DNA of 64,000 nt from a virus (IMGVR_UViG_3300010373_000047:273-64272); one strand, 5' to 3'; numbered from the stretch's first letter, positions 28,031 through 37,400 are shown. Program-made: numbers and translations. The notes: generated by a model not told the origin, from the letters alone.

Positions 28031-28205
28031 ACGTTATTGCGCGTGCTCTTTGTCGTAGAGGGTTTTCCGTCTGCAGCCAACGCTCTTCGCATCCGATAGT
28101 TTTGCCCAAGGCGCAGTATCGTAGTAGCCGCACGAACAAAACACCCAGAAAGCATTACGCACTTTCTTAATTGTCGTGTTATGCAACATGCTTGCTTTGT
28201 CGTTC

Positions 28206-28550
28206 TCAGTCATTGGAACGCTCCAGATAATCCAGCACGGCAGAGAAGATAGCTTCAGCGGGGTCGTGATCGAATCCTCGAAATTCCGTTGTGCCGGAGT
28301 AATTGTCGAGACCGATCACAAGGGGAATCATTAAAAGCTTCCGCAGGCACGCCATCGCATCCGCGTCGGTGAGCGGCGGACAGGGGATGTCGTGCGAATG
28401 TGCGACAAAACCATTGCCGCCAAATACGCGCTTTCCGCAGGGTGCTGTGTGGACGTGGCGACCATCAGCCGGAACTGCGTATTCACACTTCTCGCCTGGC
28501 TTCCAGCGCCCCAGCCATTGCTGAATCTTTGCAGTCTGCTCGTCCGTCAT
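28206..28550 (-). CDS. Hypothetical protein
   Basis: 114-aa ORF. Confidence 0.45.
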   Translation of the reverse strand: MTDEQTAKIQQWLGRWKPGEKCEYAVPADGRHVHTAPCGKRVFGGNGFVAHSHDIPCPPLTDADAMACLRKLLMIPLVIGLDNYSGTTEFRGFDHDPAEAIFSAVLDYLERSND

Positions 28551-28633
28551 ATCAATTCACGTCGACCCCTTCGTAGTTCTAGCCGCTCCGATACAAAGCC
28601 TCGGAGCAAGGGCTCGTCGAATCCGCGTGCGCG

Positions 28634-29251
28634 CTAAACGATATCAGCAGCGAGCGTCTCTTCGTATTCCACAACGAGCTCGGCTGGGACCGGAATCATC
28701 ACCGACTCGTAGTTCAGGCCCTCGAGCTGAATGATTGTGTCAACGCTGGCTGCGTCATCGTTCATGATCGCGACGACAGCCTGGGTGCGTCCGTCCTCGA
28801 GAACGAGAAACCCGCGCTTGACAAGCGGACATTCGTAGCCTGTATCGAGCATATCGATCATGTGCGCCATATTGTCGAAGCCGACACCCACGGCTACTTC
28901 GTCCTGTTCGGCCGTCCATTCCTCGTCGTTGCCAAGATCGAGCTCGAGCTGTTCCGGCTGATAATCCATCTCGTCGTCAACGGGACGGATACGGGCTTGA
29001 TGTACGCTGCTCATCACATCAACGACCTCGAAGATCGTGTTGCCGTCGTCGCTCCAAGTGTAGTTGCCGAACATGAACTTTGCCGTGTCGCCAACTCCTA
29101 GTCCGGAAAAGCTATCGTGCTTGAACGTTTTAGTGTCCTTATCCCAAACGTACACCGCAACATATGGGTGCTGATAATCAACCCACGTTTCCAAATCGAA
29201 ACCCGTTTCACCAGGCGCTTTTTCCACGAACGATTGAACGATTGATTCCAC
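28634..29251 (-). CDS. Acidic hypothetical protein
   Basis: 205 aa, very D/E-rich, includes QLELDL; RBS AAGGAG. Confidence 0.55.
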   Translation of the reverse strand: MESIVQSFVEKAPGETGFDLETWVDYQHPYVAVYVWDKDTKTFKHDSFSGLGVGDTAKFMFGNYTWSDDGNTIFEVVDVMSSVHQARIRPVDDEMDYQPEQLELDLGNDEEWTAEQDEVAVGVGFDNMAHMIDMLDTGYECPLVKRGFLVLEDGRTQAVVAIMNDDAASVDTIIQLEGLNYESVMIPVPAELVVEYEETLAADIV

Positions 29252-29293
29252 GATCTTCGATGCTCCTTTTTGGCTTTGAGTACGTTTCGTTAT

Positions 29294-29388
29294 TGGTGTG
29301 GCGGTGCTCTATGCGTAGCTTCGCGTCTCTGAGCTATGGTCGGGATATCCGACCCCGCGTGCGCGACGTGCGCCCCTCCGCCACACCC
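29294..29388 (-). ncRNA. Candidate circularly permuted tRNA-like RNA (Y RNA/YrlA-like)
   Basis: 10-bp terminal stem GGTGTGGCGG/CCGCCACACC, closed stem GGTCGG-ATATC-CCGACC, then TA-GCTC-AG...A-GAGC-A D-arm signature; intergenic. Confidence 0.45.
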
Positions 29389-29424
29389 TTTTCCCTCCGC
29401 TTGCCTCGGAGGTGGCAAGACTGT

Positions 29425-29769
29425 TTAGAACGGCATCATCTCTTTGACCGCCTGGGCTTCGTCTAGCACCACGGTTTCCGGTTCGGCCGTCGGAACGCCA
29501 GGAAATTTTGGTCCGTCCAGTTCTGCGGTTTGCGCTACCGCAAGCTCGCTTATCTTTGCTTCGGCTGCGCCCGCGAACGGAGCGTAATGCGCCTCGAAAA
29601 ATTTGCGCGAAATCTTGCGGTGCCGCCCCGTGTAGCCGTGAGGCTCAACGATAATCATATCGCTGCGCGGGTTGCCGTCTAGCGTCGGCTGTACGCCGGT
29701 TACTCGCACTACGCGCTCGGGGTGATCTTTACCCTGGGCTTGATACAGTTTTCCTACTTCGTCGCTCAT
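29425..29769 (-). CDS. Hypothetical protein
   Basis: 114 aa ending ...MMPF; preceded by a 5-codon uORF. Confidence 0.55.
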   Translation of the reverse strand: MSDEVGKLYQAQGKDHPERVVRVTGVQPTLDGNPRSDMIIVEPHGYTGRHRKISRKFFEAHYAPFAGAAEAKISELAVAQTAELDGPKFPGVPTAEPETVVLDEAQAVKEMMPF

Positions 29770-29943
29770 TTGTTTTCTCGCATGGTTCCTTTCTCGGTTG
29801 TGTACTCAATCCAGGACGGTGACTAGCGAAGGAGTGCTTACGGTTCGATCCGTATTTACACCAGATTTATCGCCCTCGCTGTCTGCCGCCCCGAATCATT
29901 TGATAACCACAAGCTAGCGCAACGTGCGTGCAAAAGTCAAAAA

Positions 29944-30465
29944 TTACGATCCTTTGATTTGTTCGATGGCGAGACGTTTGTCGCTTGATGGCGCGTCGTA
30001 CAGATTCGCAGGCGTAACGTCTTGCGACGGAATACCCACCAGCGGTTCGCCGTTGGCCTCATATGAGGTTGCGGGAATATACGAGCAAATCGGCCAATGC
30101 TTCAGAACTTGCGCGCCCAGGATATCAGTAAACACCACAGAACGCGCGACGATATCCAGCGCCTGGAGCGCTAGGTCGAGCGATCCGTAGAGATCGTCAC
30201 AGAATCGTAGCGCATACCCCACAATCGCCTCGCGTTGCTCATCGATCGCACCGTCGGCACGATGCAGCCAATATGCCGCGCTCGCATCCTTTAGGCATAC
30301 GTCGAGCGGGCGTACAGTGACGCGAGGCGTGATGGCCTCGATTACGATGTGCGGGTTGACGCCCACGAGCATCGCCGCGTGGGATACGTGGGAATGGGTC
30401 ATGCGGGCGATGGCATCAGATAATGCTCCGGTGCCGCGAACCAGGATAATGTCGGCTGGTTTCAT
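29944..30465 (-). CDS. Permuted papain-like (YiiX/YebB-like NlpC/P60) enzyme
   Basis: MKPADIILVRG....S.AI...T.S..SHAAM, IEA, YG, ICSY, VTPANL (His before Cys). Confidence 0.75.
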   Translation of the reverse strand: MKPADIILVRGTGALSDAIARMTHSHVSHAAMLVGVNPHIVIEAITPRVTVRPLDVCLKDASAAYWLHRADGAIDEQREAIVGYALRFCDDLYGSLDLALQALDIVARSVVFTDILGAQVLKHWPICSYIPATSYEANGEPLVGIPSQDVTPANLYDAPSSDKRLAIEQIKGS

Positions 30466-30689
30466 TCCGTCCAGTCCTCCTCGCTGTAGTGCTTGCCGAA
30501 CACCGAACGATCCGCGATGCGCTGGTGCACAACGAGGTCGTGCCAGATTGCCGTGATGTGCCGCTTCAGCCGTGCGAACGGATACCAACGTGAATGCCCT
30601 TCGGCGTTGTACCCGCAGGAGCATTTGATTGTCGATACCCACCAGTTGCCGCGCGGTGCCCAGCCTGGTCGTGTGGTTGGCTTGCTCAT
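30462..30689 (-). CDS. Hypothetical protein
   Basis: CSCG motif; ATGA overlaps. Confidence 0.45.
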   Translation of the reverse strand: MSKPTTRPGWAPRGNWWVSTIKCSCGYNAEGHSRWYPFARLKRHITAIWHDLVVHQRIADRSVFGKHYSEEDWTE

Positions 30690-32080
30690 GCGTTCTCCAG
30701 AATTGATGCCGCGAGCTTTGCGTCGCCTTTACAGAACGAATGCACGTTCTGGTGGGTTTTGACGCACTTGCGGGTTGCGGTGAACTGCTTGGGCGCTCGA
30801 ATCGATGCGCTGCCGATTGCGGTATAAAGCACAATCTCGTTGTGCAGCCATAAACCAGCACGCTCGAAACAGTCCACAGTGTAATTGGGAAAGCGTCGAT
30901 AGCGCCCCTTGGGTTCGCGCACGTCGCCGGTTACGAATGCCGCGAAGCGATTCGGCTTCAACAGCGCGCACGCTTGAGCGATGATTGAATTGTACGCCTC
31001 GCAGAATCCCTCCCAGCCGAGCGTCGATAAATCGTTCGGATCGTCGCTGTAAACCTCGAGGTCGAAATAGGGCGGACAGCTAAAAATAAAATCGAACGGC
31101 GCTGCTGGCTTTGCAAGCTCGCCAAGGTTCCGGCTATCGCCAACGATCCATATCGGATCGGGAAACGGATAGTGCTGGCCCTTGACGTTCTTGATGCGCT
31201 CCCATTGCGCTCGGTTCGCCTCGACTTGCTCTGGCCGCAGCTCGATGCCGACATACCTGCGCCCAAGACGCGCCGCGACGATGCCGCGAACGCTGCCGCC
31301 CGCAAACGGATCGAGAATGAACCCACCTGGCGGACAGTACCAGTAATACATAACCTCGCATAGCACCGGATCGAATATGCTGGTGCCGGAATGGTTCTGG
31401 GCGCATCCGCTATCGATGTTCTCTTGGCACCACCCTTGGGTTTTGATTGCCACCGTATCGCCGTATCGCGCGCCTTTGTCGCGATAGACGCTATTCTCGC
31501 CCGCGCCACCTGGTATGGCGTCTTTGTTACGGTGGCGCATGAAATCCAAATCGGGTCCGGTGTGCCACGTTAACGGCTTGCCGCGCTCGTTGTTGGCCAG
31601 CCGATCCGCCATGCCGCCGCCGCCCGATGGAATGACTGCGCCAGACTTGGAATAGTCTGCTCCGTCCGAATGCTCGCCGCGCATCAAATCCTGGCCAAAC
31701 GTGCGAGCGAAGCTGCGCCCCTTGCCGTCACCTCGTACCGTCTTGCCGTCTGTTCCGAGCGTAGCCGCTGGCATTAGCGAACGCCCTGGGCTTGCCATGC
31801 GCGCCCGATACTCGTCTTTGTCGTACCTCGCCGCTTCGTTCGCTTCGCCCGACAGCCCAAGAGCGTTCTCGCCGCGCCCGAGTTCAGACTGGATGCCTAG
31901 ACTGATCCAATCGCGCTTACGCGACTGCCATCGATCCGATCCGGCGTTCAGAACCGAGAACGGAGGCTCTAGCCATTTGTCGGTCAGCTTAACGCCCGCC
32001 TTGTCTGCGGCTGATGGCTCTGGTGCGAGGTTGATCTCGTCGACGAACGATAGCTGCGCCCCGTGCGATTCCTTTGCCAT
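30686..32080 (-). CDS. DNA methyltransferase (amino-MTase) with long low-complexity insertion
   Basis: PPFSVL, TSIFDPVLCE, ILDPFAGGSVRG, GIELR, FSCPPYFDLEVYS; start MAKESHG after TTGACT-18-TAATCT. Confidence 0.85.
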   Translation of the reverse strand: MAKESHGAQLSFVDEINLAPEPSAADKAGVKLTDKWLEPPFSVLNAGSDRWQSRKRDWISLGIQSELGRGENALGLSGEANEAARYDKDEYRARMASPGRSLMPAATLGTDGKTVRGDGKGRSFARTFGQDLMRGEHSDGADYSKSGAVIPSGGGGMADRLANNERGKPLTWHTGPDLDFMRHRNKDAIPGGAGENSVYRDKGARYGDTVAIKTQGWCQENIDSGCAQNHSGTSIFDPVLCEVMYYWYCPPGGFILDPFAGGSVRGIVAARLGRRYVGIELRPEQVEANRAQWERIKNVKGQHYPFPDPIWIVGDSRNLGELAKPAAPFDFIFSCPPYFDLEVYSDDPNDLSTLGWEGFCEAYNSIIAQACALLKPNRFAAFVTGDVREPKGRYRRFPNYTVDCFERAGLWLHNEIVLYTAIGSASIRAPKQFTATRKCVKTHQNVHSFCKGDAKLAASILENA

Positions 32081-32253
32081 ATCGACAAAGATTATCAGTG
32101 AAAAACACAAAAAGTCAAAAATAGTATGCACGGCGATGTGTATGCGCACTAACTATTGGCCTACTAATAGGCCAAATCGCGATGTGGTGGCGTCGTGGTG
32201 GCGATTTCAGGCGCGTGCATAGCATCACGCCGGAATACGCATTAAATAGGGGT

Positions 32254-32457
32254 TTAAGCGGGTTCGTGTGGCGTTTTATGCGCCACAAATGGGGTAGCAA
32301 AGGTTAGACACTCGATACAAACCGGCCAGAATCGCGCCTTGGTAACGCGGGCGTTGGTGCGGACCCATTGCCTGCAGACGCTGAGCGCGTGGTTGAACCG
32401 ATGCCATTTGCCGTCAGGCATTATCGCCCAGCCTTGTATTACTTCTGGGTCGTTCAT
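32254..32457 (-). CDS. Small Zn-finger-like protein
   Basis: WH...SVC...CIEC. Confidence 0.45.
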   Translation of the reverse strand: MNDPEVIQGWAIMPDGKWHRFNHALSVCRQWVRTNARVTKARFWPVCIECLTFATPFVAHKTPHEPA

Positions 32458-32626
32458 CGGCCGTCGCCGCCCGATGTCGCACCGTTGCGAGCGTGCGCCT
32501 TGAGCGCCGCGTTCTCGATCTCGAGTCGCGTCACCCTATCGTAAAGCCGGATAACGCGAACCCCAAGAAAGACAGCAGCAAGGGTGGACGTCCACGCCCA
32601 CGCTACAGCTATAATAACCGCGATAG

Positions 32627-32854
32627 TCATTCGTGCGCCTCAGCGTTTTTGCATCGTGGACAGAAATGAAGTTCGAGGTGGCGGGCGAAACTTGCGGTTG
32701 CTTCGGCATCGGGCTTGTTCTCGTGCGCCTCGACGAACTTGCGCATCTGCTCGTGAACCGTGCCGGATGCGAGAATTTCAACCGCATCCGCGATCCGTTC
32801 CATAGCCTCGGCTTGACGCTCGAGACGATCACAGATTGCCGTTTCGGTGCTCAT
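32627..32854 (-). CDS. Hypothetical protein
   Basis: ATGA overlaps; C-terminal CPRC. Confidence 0.45.
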   Translation of the reverse strand: MSTETAICDRLERQAEAMERIADAVEILASGTVHEQMRKFVEAHENKPDAEATASFARHLELHFCPRCKNAEAHE

Positions 32855-32988
32855 GGTTTTGGAATATCCTTTCTCGGCCGTCCGCCCTTTTTGCCGTTCG
32901 CTGCTGATGCCTTGGCTTTCTTGGGCGTTCGGATCGAGCCTAGCGCCCGCGCAGCCTCGCTTATGGGGTGATGATCTTGTTTTTTCAA
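32851..32988 (-). CDS. Small basic protein with AT-hook-like tail
   Basis: AARALGSIRTPKKAKASAANGKKGGRPRK; probable TTG start. Confidence 0.55.
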   Translation of the reverse strand: MKKQDHHPISEAARALGSIRTPKKAKASAANGKKGGRPRKDIPKP

Positions 32989-33010
32989 ATGACTGCCCCG
33001 AATCCAGCGA

Positions 33011-33769
33011 TTAAAAAACGTCCCCTCGTATCCGCCCGCACCCAAACCGTTCTTTCAGCGCTGTAATGATTTGCTCAGCCTGGGTTTCTGTAGCGTAGCT
33101 TACCTCGATATCGACGAGACCATCGCCGCTAGCCGTTTCGCGAGCAAGAAGCCGCACACAGAGCGCTTTGCCGTCAACCATAATCTTTGACTCGATCTCG
33201 TCAAGCCGGTGCTGGAGCGCCTTCTTCGCCTGATACGATGCTTGCTGACGCTGAAGAAGCTTTTCTTTTTCAGCTTTCGCCTGGGCGATGCGATTAACCG
33301 CGTCGATAATCTTGTCCCATGCGCGCGATCCGTCTTTGCGCAACGGATAGCGACCGCCACGCGCGTTGTGGTCGTAGCCGTCAACAACCACAACCGTTTT
33401 GTCGTAGTTTGTCGATCTGTGCCACGTTCCGCCGATTGACTCAAACTCGACGTACACGGTAACGCCGCTCACCCGTAGACGCGACGAGCCCCACGACCAC
33501 GACCTATCGCTACGCTTCGCCTGTAATCCGGCATCGTAAAAACGACGCTCAAGCTCGCCAACGACAGCCTCAAGCTTTGCCGCCTGTTGCCAAGCCAAGC
33601 CGCGTTTCCCTGCCTCGATCTTCTCTGCTGCCGTCCACGGCTCTTTAATGCCGCATAGATCGCACTGTTTGCCGCGCGCCACTGGCGTTAACGGGCTCCA
33701 GGAATGGTCGTGCGGTATCAGACCGATGGCGAGCGCGCTCTGGTATTCTGTGCTGTTTGTGTCGATCAT
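33011..33769 (-). CDS. Hypothetical early protein
   Basis: Leaderless start MIDTNSTEY after TTGACA-17-TAGGAT with a degenerate operator at 33779-33791. Confidence 0.55.
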   Translation of the reverse strand: MIDTNSTEYQSALAIGLIPHDHSWSPLTPVARGKQCDLCGIKEPWTAAEKIEAGKRGLAWQQAAKLEAVVGELERRFYDAGLQAKRSDRSWSWGSSRLRVSGVTVYVEFESIGGTWHRSTNYDKTVVVVDGYDHNARGGRYPLRKDGSRAWDKIIDAVNRIAQAKAEKEKLLQRQQASYQAKKALQHRLDEIESKIMVDGKALCVRLLARETASGDGLVDIEVSYATETQAEQIITALKERFGCGRIRGDVF

Positions 33770-33810
33770 TTCCTTTATCCTATCGGTCGGGTGAGAAGTT
33801 GTCAAAAAAA

Positions 33811-34092
33811 TTAGATTTCGACCTCGCGCTGCCCGCACAGACAGAGCCCGTTCTCGTAGCAATGGCGATGCTGAACGCCCTCGACGAGCAGTTCGGTATA
33901 TGCCGCCGAGCCGGTAAGAGATCGCTCGCCATTTGACGTGCGCCCCGCCCTGAGCGCCCCGTTCTTGCCGACCCAGTACATGCTTCCGTTGAGCGTCCAG
34001 CATTCGTACTTGCTCGTATCTTTCGAGCTGTTGTGACGACCGCCGCGCATCAGTAATCCGATTACCAGGTTTGTCTTTGTCGAGCTTGCCAT
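33811..34092 (-). CDS. Hypothetical early protein
   Basis: YWVGKNGALRAGRT...SLT motif; conserved leader. Confidence 0.6.
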   Translation of the reverse strand: MASSTKTNLVIGLLMRGGRHNSSKDTSKYECWTLNGSMYWVGKNGALRAGRTSNGERSLTGSAAYTELLVEGVQHRHCYENGLCLCGQREVEI

Positions 34093-34120
34093 CGTTGCCG
34101 CCTCCGTCTTTGATGATTCG

Positions 34121-34149
34121 AGATTAACCTATCGATAGGTTTCTGTCAA
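34121..34149 (-). promoter_or_regulatory. Operator-promoter (perfect palindrome AACCTATCGATAGGTT)
   Basis: TTGACA-17-TAATCT. Confidence 0.8.
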
Positions 34150-34328
34150 TAGCCGTGATAAAGAATTTTAGGAGCCGGAACTAATCCGGCCCCTCTGTAG
34201 CGCCGTTTTTCGTTCGTGATATTTGTCGAGCCGCAGTGCCCGCACTTGGTCGCCGGACCTTCCTGCTCGTACCACATGTGGCAATAGCCGCACACCACCT
34301 TATACACCGCTGTCTTGATACGTGCCAT
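34146..34328 (-). CDS. Zn-ribbon microprotein
   Basis: CGYC...CGHCGS; RBS AAGGAGG. Confidence 0.55.
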   Translation of the reverse strand: MARIKTAVYKVVCGYCHMWYEQEGPATKCGHCGSTNITNEKRRYRGAGLVPAPKILYHGY

Positions 34329-34341
34329 TGTAGCCTCCTTG

Positions 34342-34539
34342 TTATTCCCAGTAAGTTCCGCCGAGAGCTCCGCGAACCTTGGTTAGCCCGAGGCTGCGCA
34401 TAATCGCCTCGCGCTCTTTGCGCGCCGTCCGTTTGCGAGCCTTTTTCATCTCGGCAAGGTTCGCCCCTTCGCAAGTCTCGCAATAATTGTCGCCGTCGCG
34501 CCCACCGATTTCTACTCCGCAATTCTGGCAAACCTTCAT
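34342..34539 (-). CDS. Zn-finger microprotein
   Basis: CQNCG...CETC...SLGLTKVRGALGGTYWE. Confidence 0.6.
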   Translation of the reverse strand: MKVCQNCGVEIGGRDGDNYCETCEGANLAEMKKARKRTARKEREAIMRSLGLTKVRGALGGTYWE

Positions 34540-34568
34540 CTTCTAGCCCTCCGTTCTTTGATGATTCG

Positions 34569-34638
34569 ACCATAAACCTATCGATAGGTTTTGTCAAGCA
34601 TGAAAAAGCCGGATCGAAAAATAAATATCGATCCGGCT
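34569..34638 (-). promoter_or_regulatory. Terminator hairpin followed by operator-promoter
   Basis: Hairpin 34607-34638, then TTGACA-AAACCTATCGATAGGTT-TATGGT. Confidence 0.8.
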
Positions 34639-34662
34639 CGCGCCGCTTCGTTGGGTGGGCGC

Positions 34663-35784
34663 TTATTCCGGCTTGGCTGCCGGAAACGGCATCGTGATTA
34701 GTGTAAAACCTGGGTGTGCTGGCGTCGTAATGCGCGCAGGCGTAGTCGGTCCGGTTAGCTCGATATCGGCAATCGTTTCGGGCTCGAACAGCGCGAGCGC
34801 GCCCCGAATATGATCGAGGTTATATTGCGCCCATTCATCAGCCGAGGAATTGATTGTGATGGCATCTTCGGGCGAAGCATGAACCGTCTCGTCGTAATCC
34901 GGCTCGTTAACCTGGCCCACTAATAGACGCAACGAGCCCTGGGCGACCTTGATCCACACTTGCGGCTCGTTCGGACGTGCGAGAGACGCACGCATAAAAT
35001 AGCGCCCTAATTTGCCCGCAGGACCGCTGATGATAGATGTCGGTTGTTGGAACGCGGGGTGGTTGACGATTGGGTGGTATTGCGGATATTCGCCCTCGAG
35101 TACAGGACATTGAACCTTGACGCCCGTTGTGTGTAGCCGGAACATTCGCGCCGTTGACGCGACAGAGACGGATGCGCCTTCCTCTCGCTTGGCGATAATC
35201 TTCGTCAGCGCGAGTGCCGCTTTAACCGGCATCACGACAGGGGTTGGCATTTTCGCCGGAATCATTTGCTCGAGTAGCCGCTTGCCGTCTGTGCCGACTA
35301 CGTGGAGCGTTTCGTTGTCTCCACCTGGCAACAACCCGACGCCCGCAATGATGCGCGCCCCGTTCTTTTCGCACGCAGGAGCGGCCCACGTCAGCGCTTG
35401 TGAGAACACGTCGGGCGACAACAGCTCGACCATATCATCCGTGCCGATCTCTAGCCGAGGAAAAGCGTTAGGGTCGATAGTGGGAAAACGGTATTTCGAT
35501 TTTCCGATACGGACCTCGAGCATGAAATCGTTGATCGAGTTGATCTCGATGCTTGGCGCATCGCTCGCCTGCGCTACCGCACGCAGCCGCTTCATGTCGA
35601 TCACAGCTTCGCCTGGTTCGTCGACCTTACAAATCGTCGACGCTGATATCGCGACGTTGTCGTCTCGGCACTGAAGGTCGGCACCGCCATCTGTTACGGC
35701 GCTCAACAATCCCTCGTCTTTGTCGGCGATCTTGATTAGTTCAATCGCCTCGGCAAGCAGCCCACGATCAAAGGTGATCTTCAT
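34663..35784 (-). CDS. dnaN: DNA polymerase III beta sliding clamp homolog (divergent)
   Basis: MKITFDR..L, VDEPGEA, FPTIDPNAFP, VVGTDGKRL, VMPVKA, LEGEYPQY; 373 aa. Confidence 0.8.
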   Translation of the reverse strand: MKITFDRGLLAEAIELIKIADKDEGLLSAVTDGGADLQCRDDNVAISASTICKVDEPGEAVIDMKRLRAVAQASDAPSIEINSINDFMLEVRIGKSKYRFPTIDPNAFPRLEIGTDDMVELLSPDVFSQALTWAAPACEKNGARIIAGVGLLPGGDNETLHVVGTDGKRLLEQMIPAKMPTPVVMPVKAALALTKIIAKREEGASVSVASTARMFRLHTTGVKVQCPVLEGEYPQYHPIVNHPAFQQPTSIISGPAGKLGRYFMRASLARPNEPQVWIKVAQGSLRLLVGQVNEPDYDETVHASPEDAITINSSADEWAQYNLDHIRGALALFEPETIADIELTGPTTPARITTPAHPGFTLITMPFPAAKPE

Positions 35785-36143
35785 TGCGGTTTTGTGGTTC
35801 CCTCGTCGAGATAGTAGTCGGCTACACGCGTAACCGGATTGATAGAGACGTGGATTTTTTGGATATCGTCGTCGACACCAAGCTCCCAAGGCTGACACGC
35901 GATGTGGTTGCCGGATGCGCGCAGAAGCTTAACCGCCAGAACCTTGTAAACAGCCGCCCTCGCCGTGATTCCCGCGACGTATTCTTTGATCTTTTCGTTG
36001 GCCTCTGTTTGTGCTCGTACCTCGATGTCGCGCTGCGTAATACTTGCGATCATATAGCGTCGCGCGTTGTAATAGAGAAAGCCGTATCGCACCGCCAAAC
36101 CGGCCGTCGTCCCTAACGAGAACGCCGTAACAATTGCGTTCAT
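35781..36143 (-). CDS. Hypothetical protein with N-terminal TM
   Basis: ATGA overlaps. Confidence 0.45.
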   Translation of the reverse strand: MNAIVTAFSLGTTAGLAVRYGFLYYNARRYMIASITQRDIEVRAQTEANEKIKEYVAGITARAAVYKVLAVKLLRASGNHIACQPWELGVDDDIQKIHVSINPVTRVADYYLDEGTTKPQ

Positions 36144-36514
36144 CGCCGTAACCCGTGCTCAACAATCATCGCGTACAACGGACCGATTCGGTACGACGCA
36201 CGCAGCAGCGCTACCGTCAACTGCTTAGCGTGCGATATCGTCTCGCCCACCTTAACCAATTCGCAATCCACCCATTCCGCAACGTAGTCGCGGAGCTCGG
36301 ATTCGCCCTTGATGGCCTTGGGCGTTCGCACCTTGATCTGGTGATCAGAATAAGACTGCGCCCCGTCGACAAATTCCTGTGCTTTCTCGACGTTGGGCGC
36401 TAGGTTAAGCACCATATCACGAACTCGCACAAAGTCTGGGGTGTCGGCGATTGTGGCGATATCGATAACAATCACCGCGTTGACGAAATCCTGTAAAACG
36501 CTTGCTGGTTCCAT
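36140..36514 (-). CDS. Hypothetical protein
   Basis: Leaderless after TTGACT-18-TAACTT. Confidence 0.45.
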   Translation of the reverse strand: MEPASVLQDFVNAVIVIDIATIADTPDFVRVRDMVLNLAPNVEKAQEFVDGAQSYSDHQIKVRTPKAIKGESELRDYVAEWVDCELVKVGETISHAKQLTVALLRASYRIGPLYAMIVEHGLRR

Positions 36515-36553
36515 GATGGACAAGTTACGCGCCTAGATGGCAAAAAGTCAAAA

Positions 36554-36877
36554 TCACGTCTCGAGGATGTCGATGTGATGGATCGCGCGCATCAGCTTTT
36601 TTTTGATGCGATACACCGCCGTCTTGACACCTTTGCAGTCCTCGACTATCTGTTCGCCAAGCGAACGATAACGAAAGTCTGCAATATATGTCGCCACCTT
36701 CTCTCCGGCGACGTCGAGCCGGTATTTCGGTTGCGTCTCGTAATCCTGGATCAGCCCGAAATGGGCGAGCGCCGATAACGTTGCGCAGCGCCTCGCCTCT
36801 TTTTTGCTATCGTGTTTTTTGACGCATCCAGCCCAGCACACCGTGCGCTTTGCTTTATATTTCGAGAATTTCAGCAT
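36554..36877 (-). CDS. DUF1064-like PD-(D/E)xK endonuclease
   Basis: SKYKAKRT, HDSKKEARR, QPKY.L, YIADFRY, VEDCKG.KT.VY.IKKKL. Confidence 0.85.
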   Translation of the reverse strand: MLKFSKYKAKRTVCWAGCVKKHDSKKEARRCATLSALAHFGLIQDYETQPKYRLDVAGEKVATYIADFRYRSLGEQIVEDCKGVKTAVYRIKKKLMRAIHHIDILET

Positions 36878-37400
36878 GTTTGGGGTGTTTTCTGCGTCGT
36901 CCGCGCCTATTGTGGTGGTATAGCCCGATCCTTACCGGCAGCCCGATATCGTTCATAGCGATCCACTGTTTGATGGCGGTGCGTATCGATTTTTTATCGA
37001 GGTTCAGCATCGCGCACACACTATCGAACGAGAACGGATAATAGATCGGTTCGTTTGTTCGCCAAACCCACGTTTCGCGCGTGGTTGTCGGGCGCAGCTT
37101 ATTGCGCTCGTCAGGCAACCATAACGTATGTCTGAGCTGGGTTGGTTCGTGAAGCACCCAAGACGATAAACCGTCGTCGTGCATGAACCACGCGACGGTT
37201 TTCGGCAGGATGCGTCCGAGGTGCTTTTGTTTGTCGGTTGGGTTCGGATCGTTGATCGCTTCGTAACCACCCTCAAGGTCTGCGAGCGCTTGGTACAGCA
37301 CCGCGACGAAAATGCGCCGCTCGTTGGGCGACACAAGCTCTGTTGCCGTTTGGGACGGCAACAGAGAGTTTTCATCGTTGGTTAAGCCTGGGTCGTGCAT
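36855..37400 (-). CDS. Hypothetical helical protein (paralog A)
   Basis: ERRIFVAVLYQALADL...WF...PFSFDSVCAMLNLD. Confidence 0.6.
   Translation of the reverse strand: MHDPGLTNDENSLLPSQTATELVSPNERRIFVAVLYQALADLEGGYEAINDPNPTDKQKHLGRILPKTVAWFMHDDGLSSWVLHEPTQLRHTLWLPDERNKLRPTTTRETWVWRTNEPIYYPFSFDSVCAMLNLDKKSIRTAIKQWIAMNDIGLPVRIGLYHHNRRGRRRKHPKHAEILEI

Noticed and set aside
29294-29388. Canonical tRNA gene
   Set aside because: Arm order is permuted, there is no anticodon loop and no TTC T-loop. Kept only as a tRNA-like candidate.
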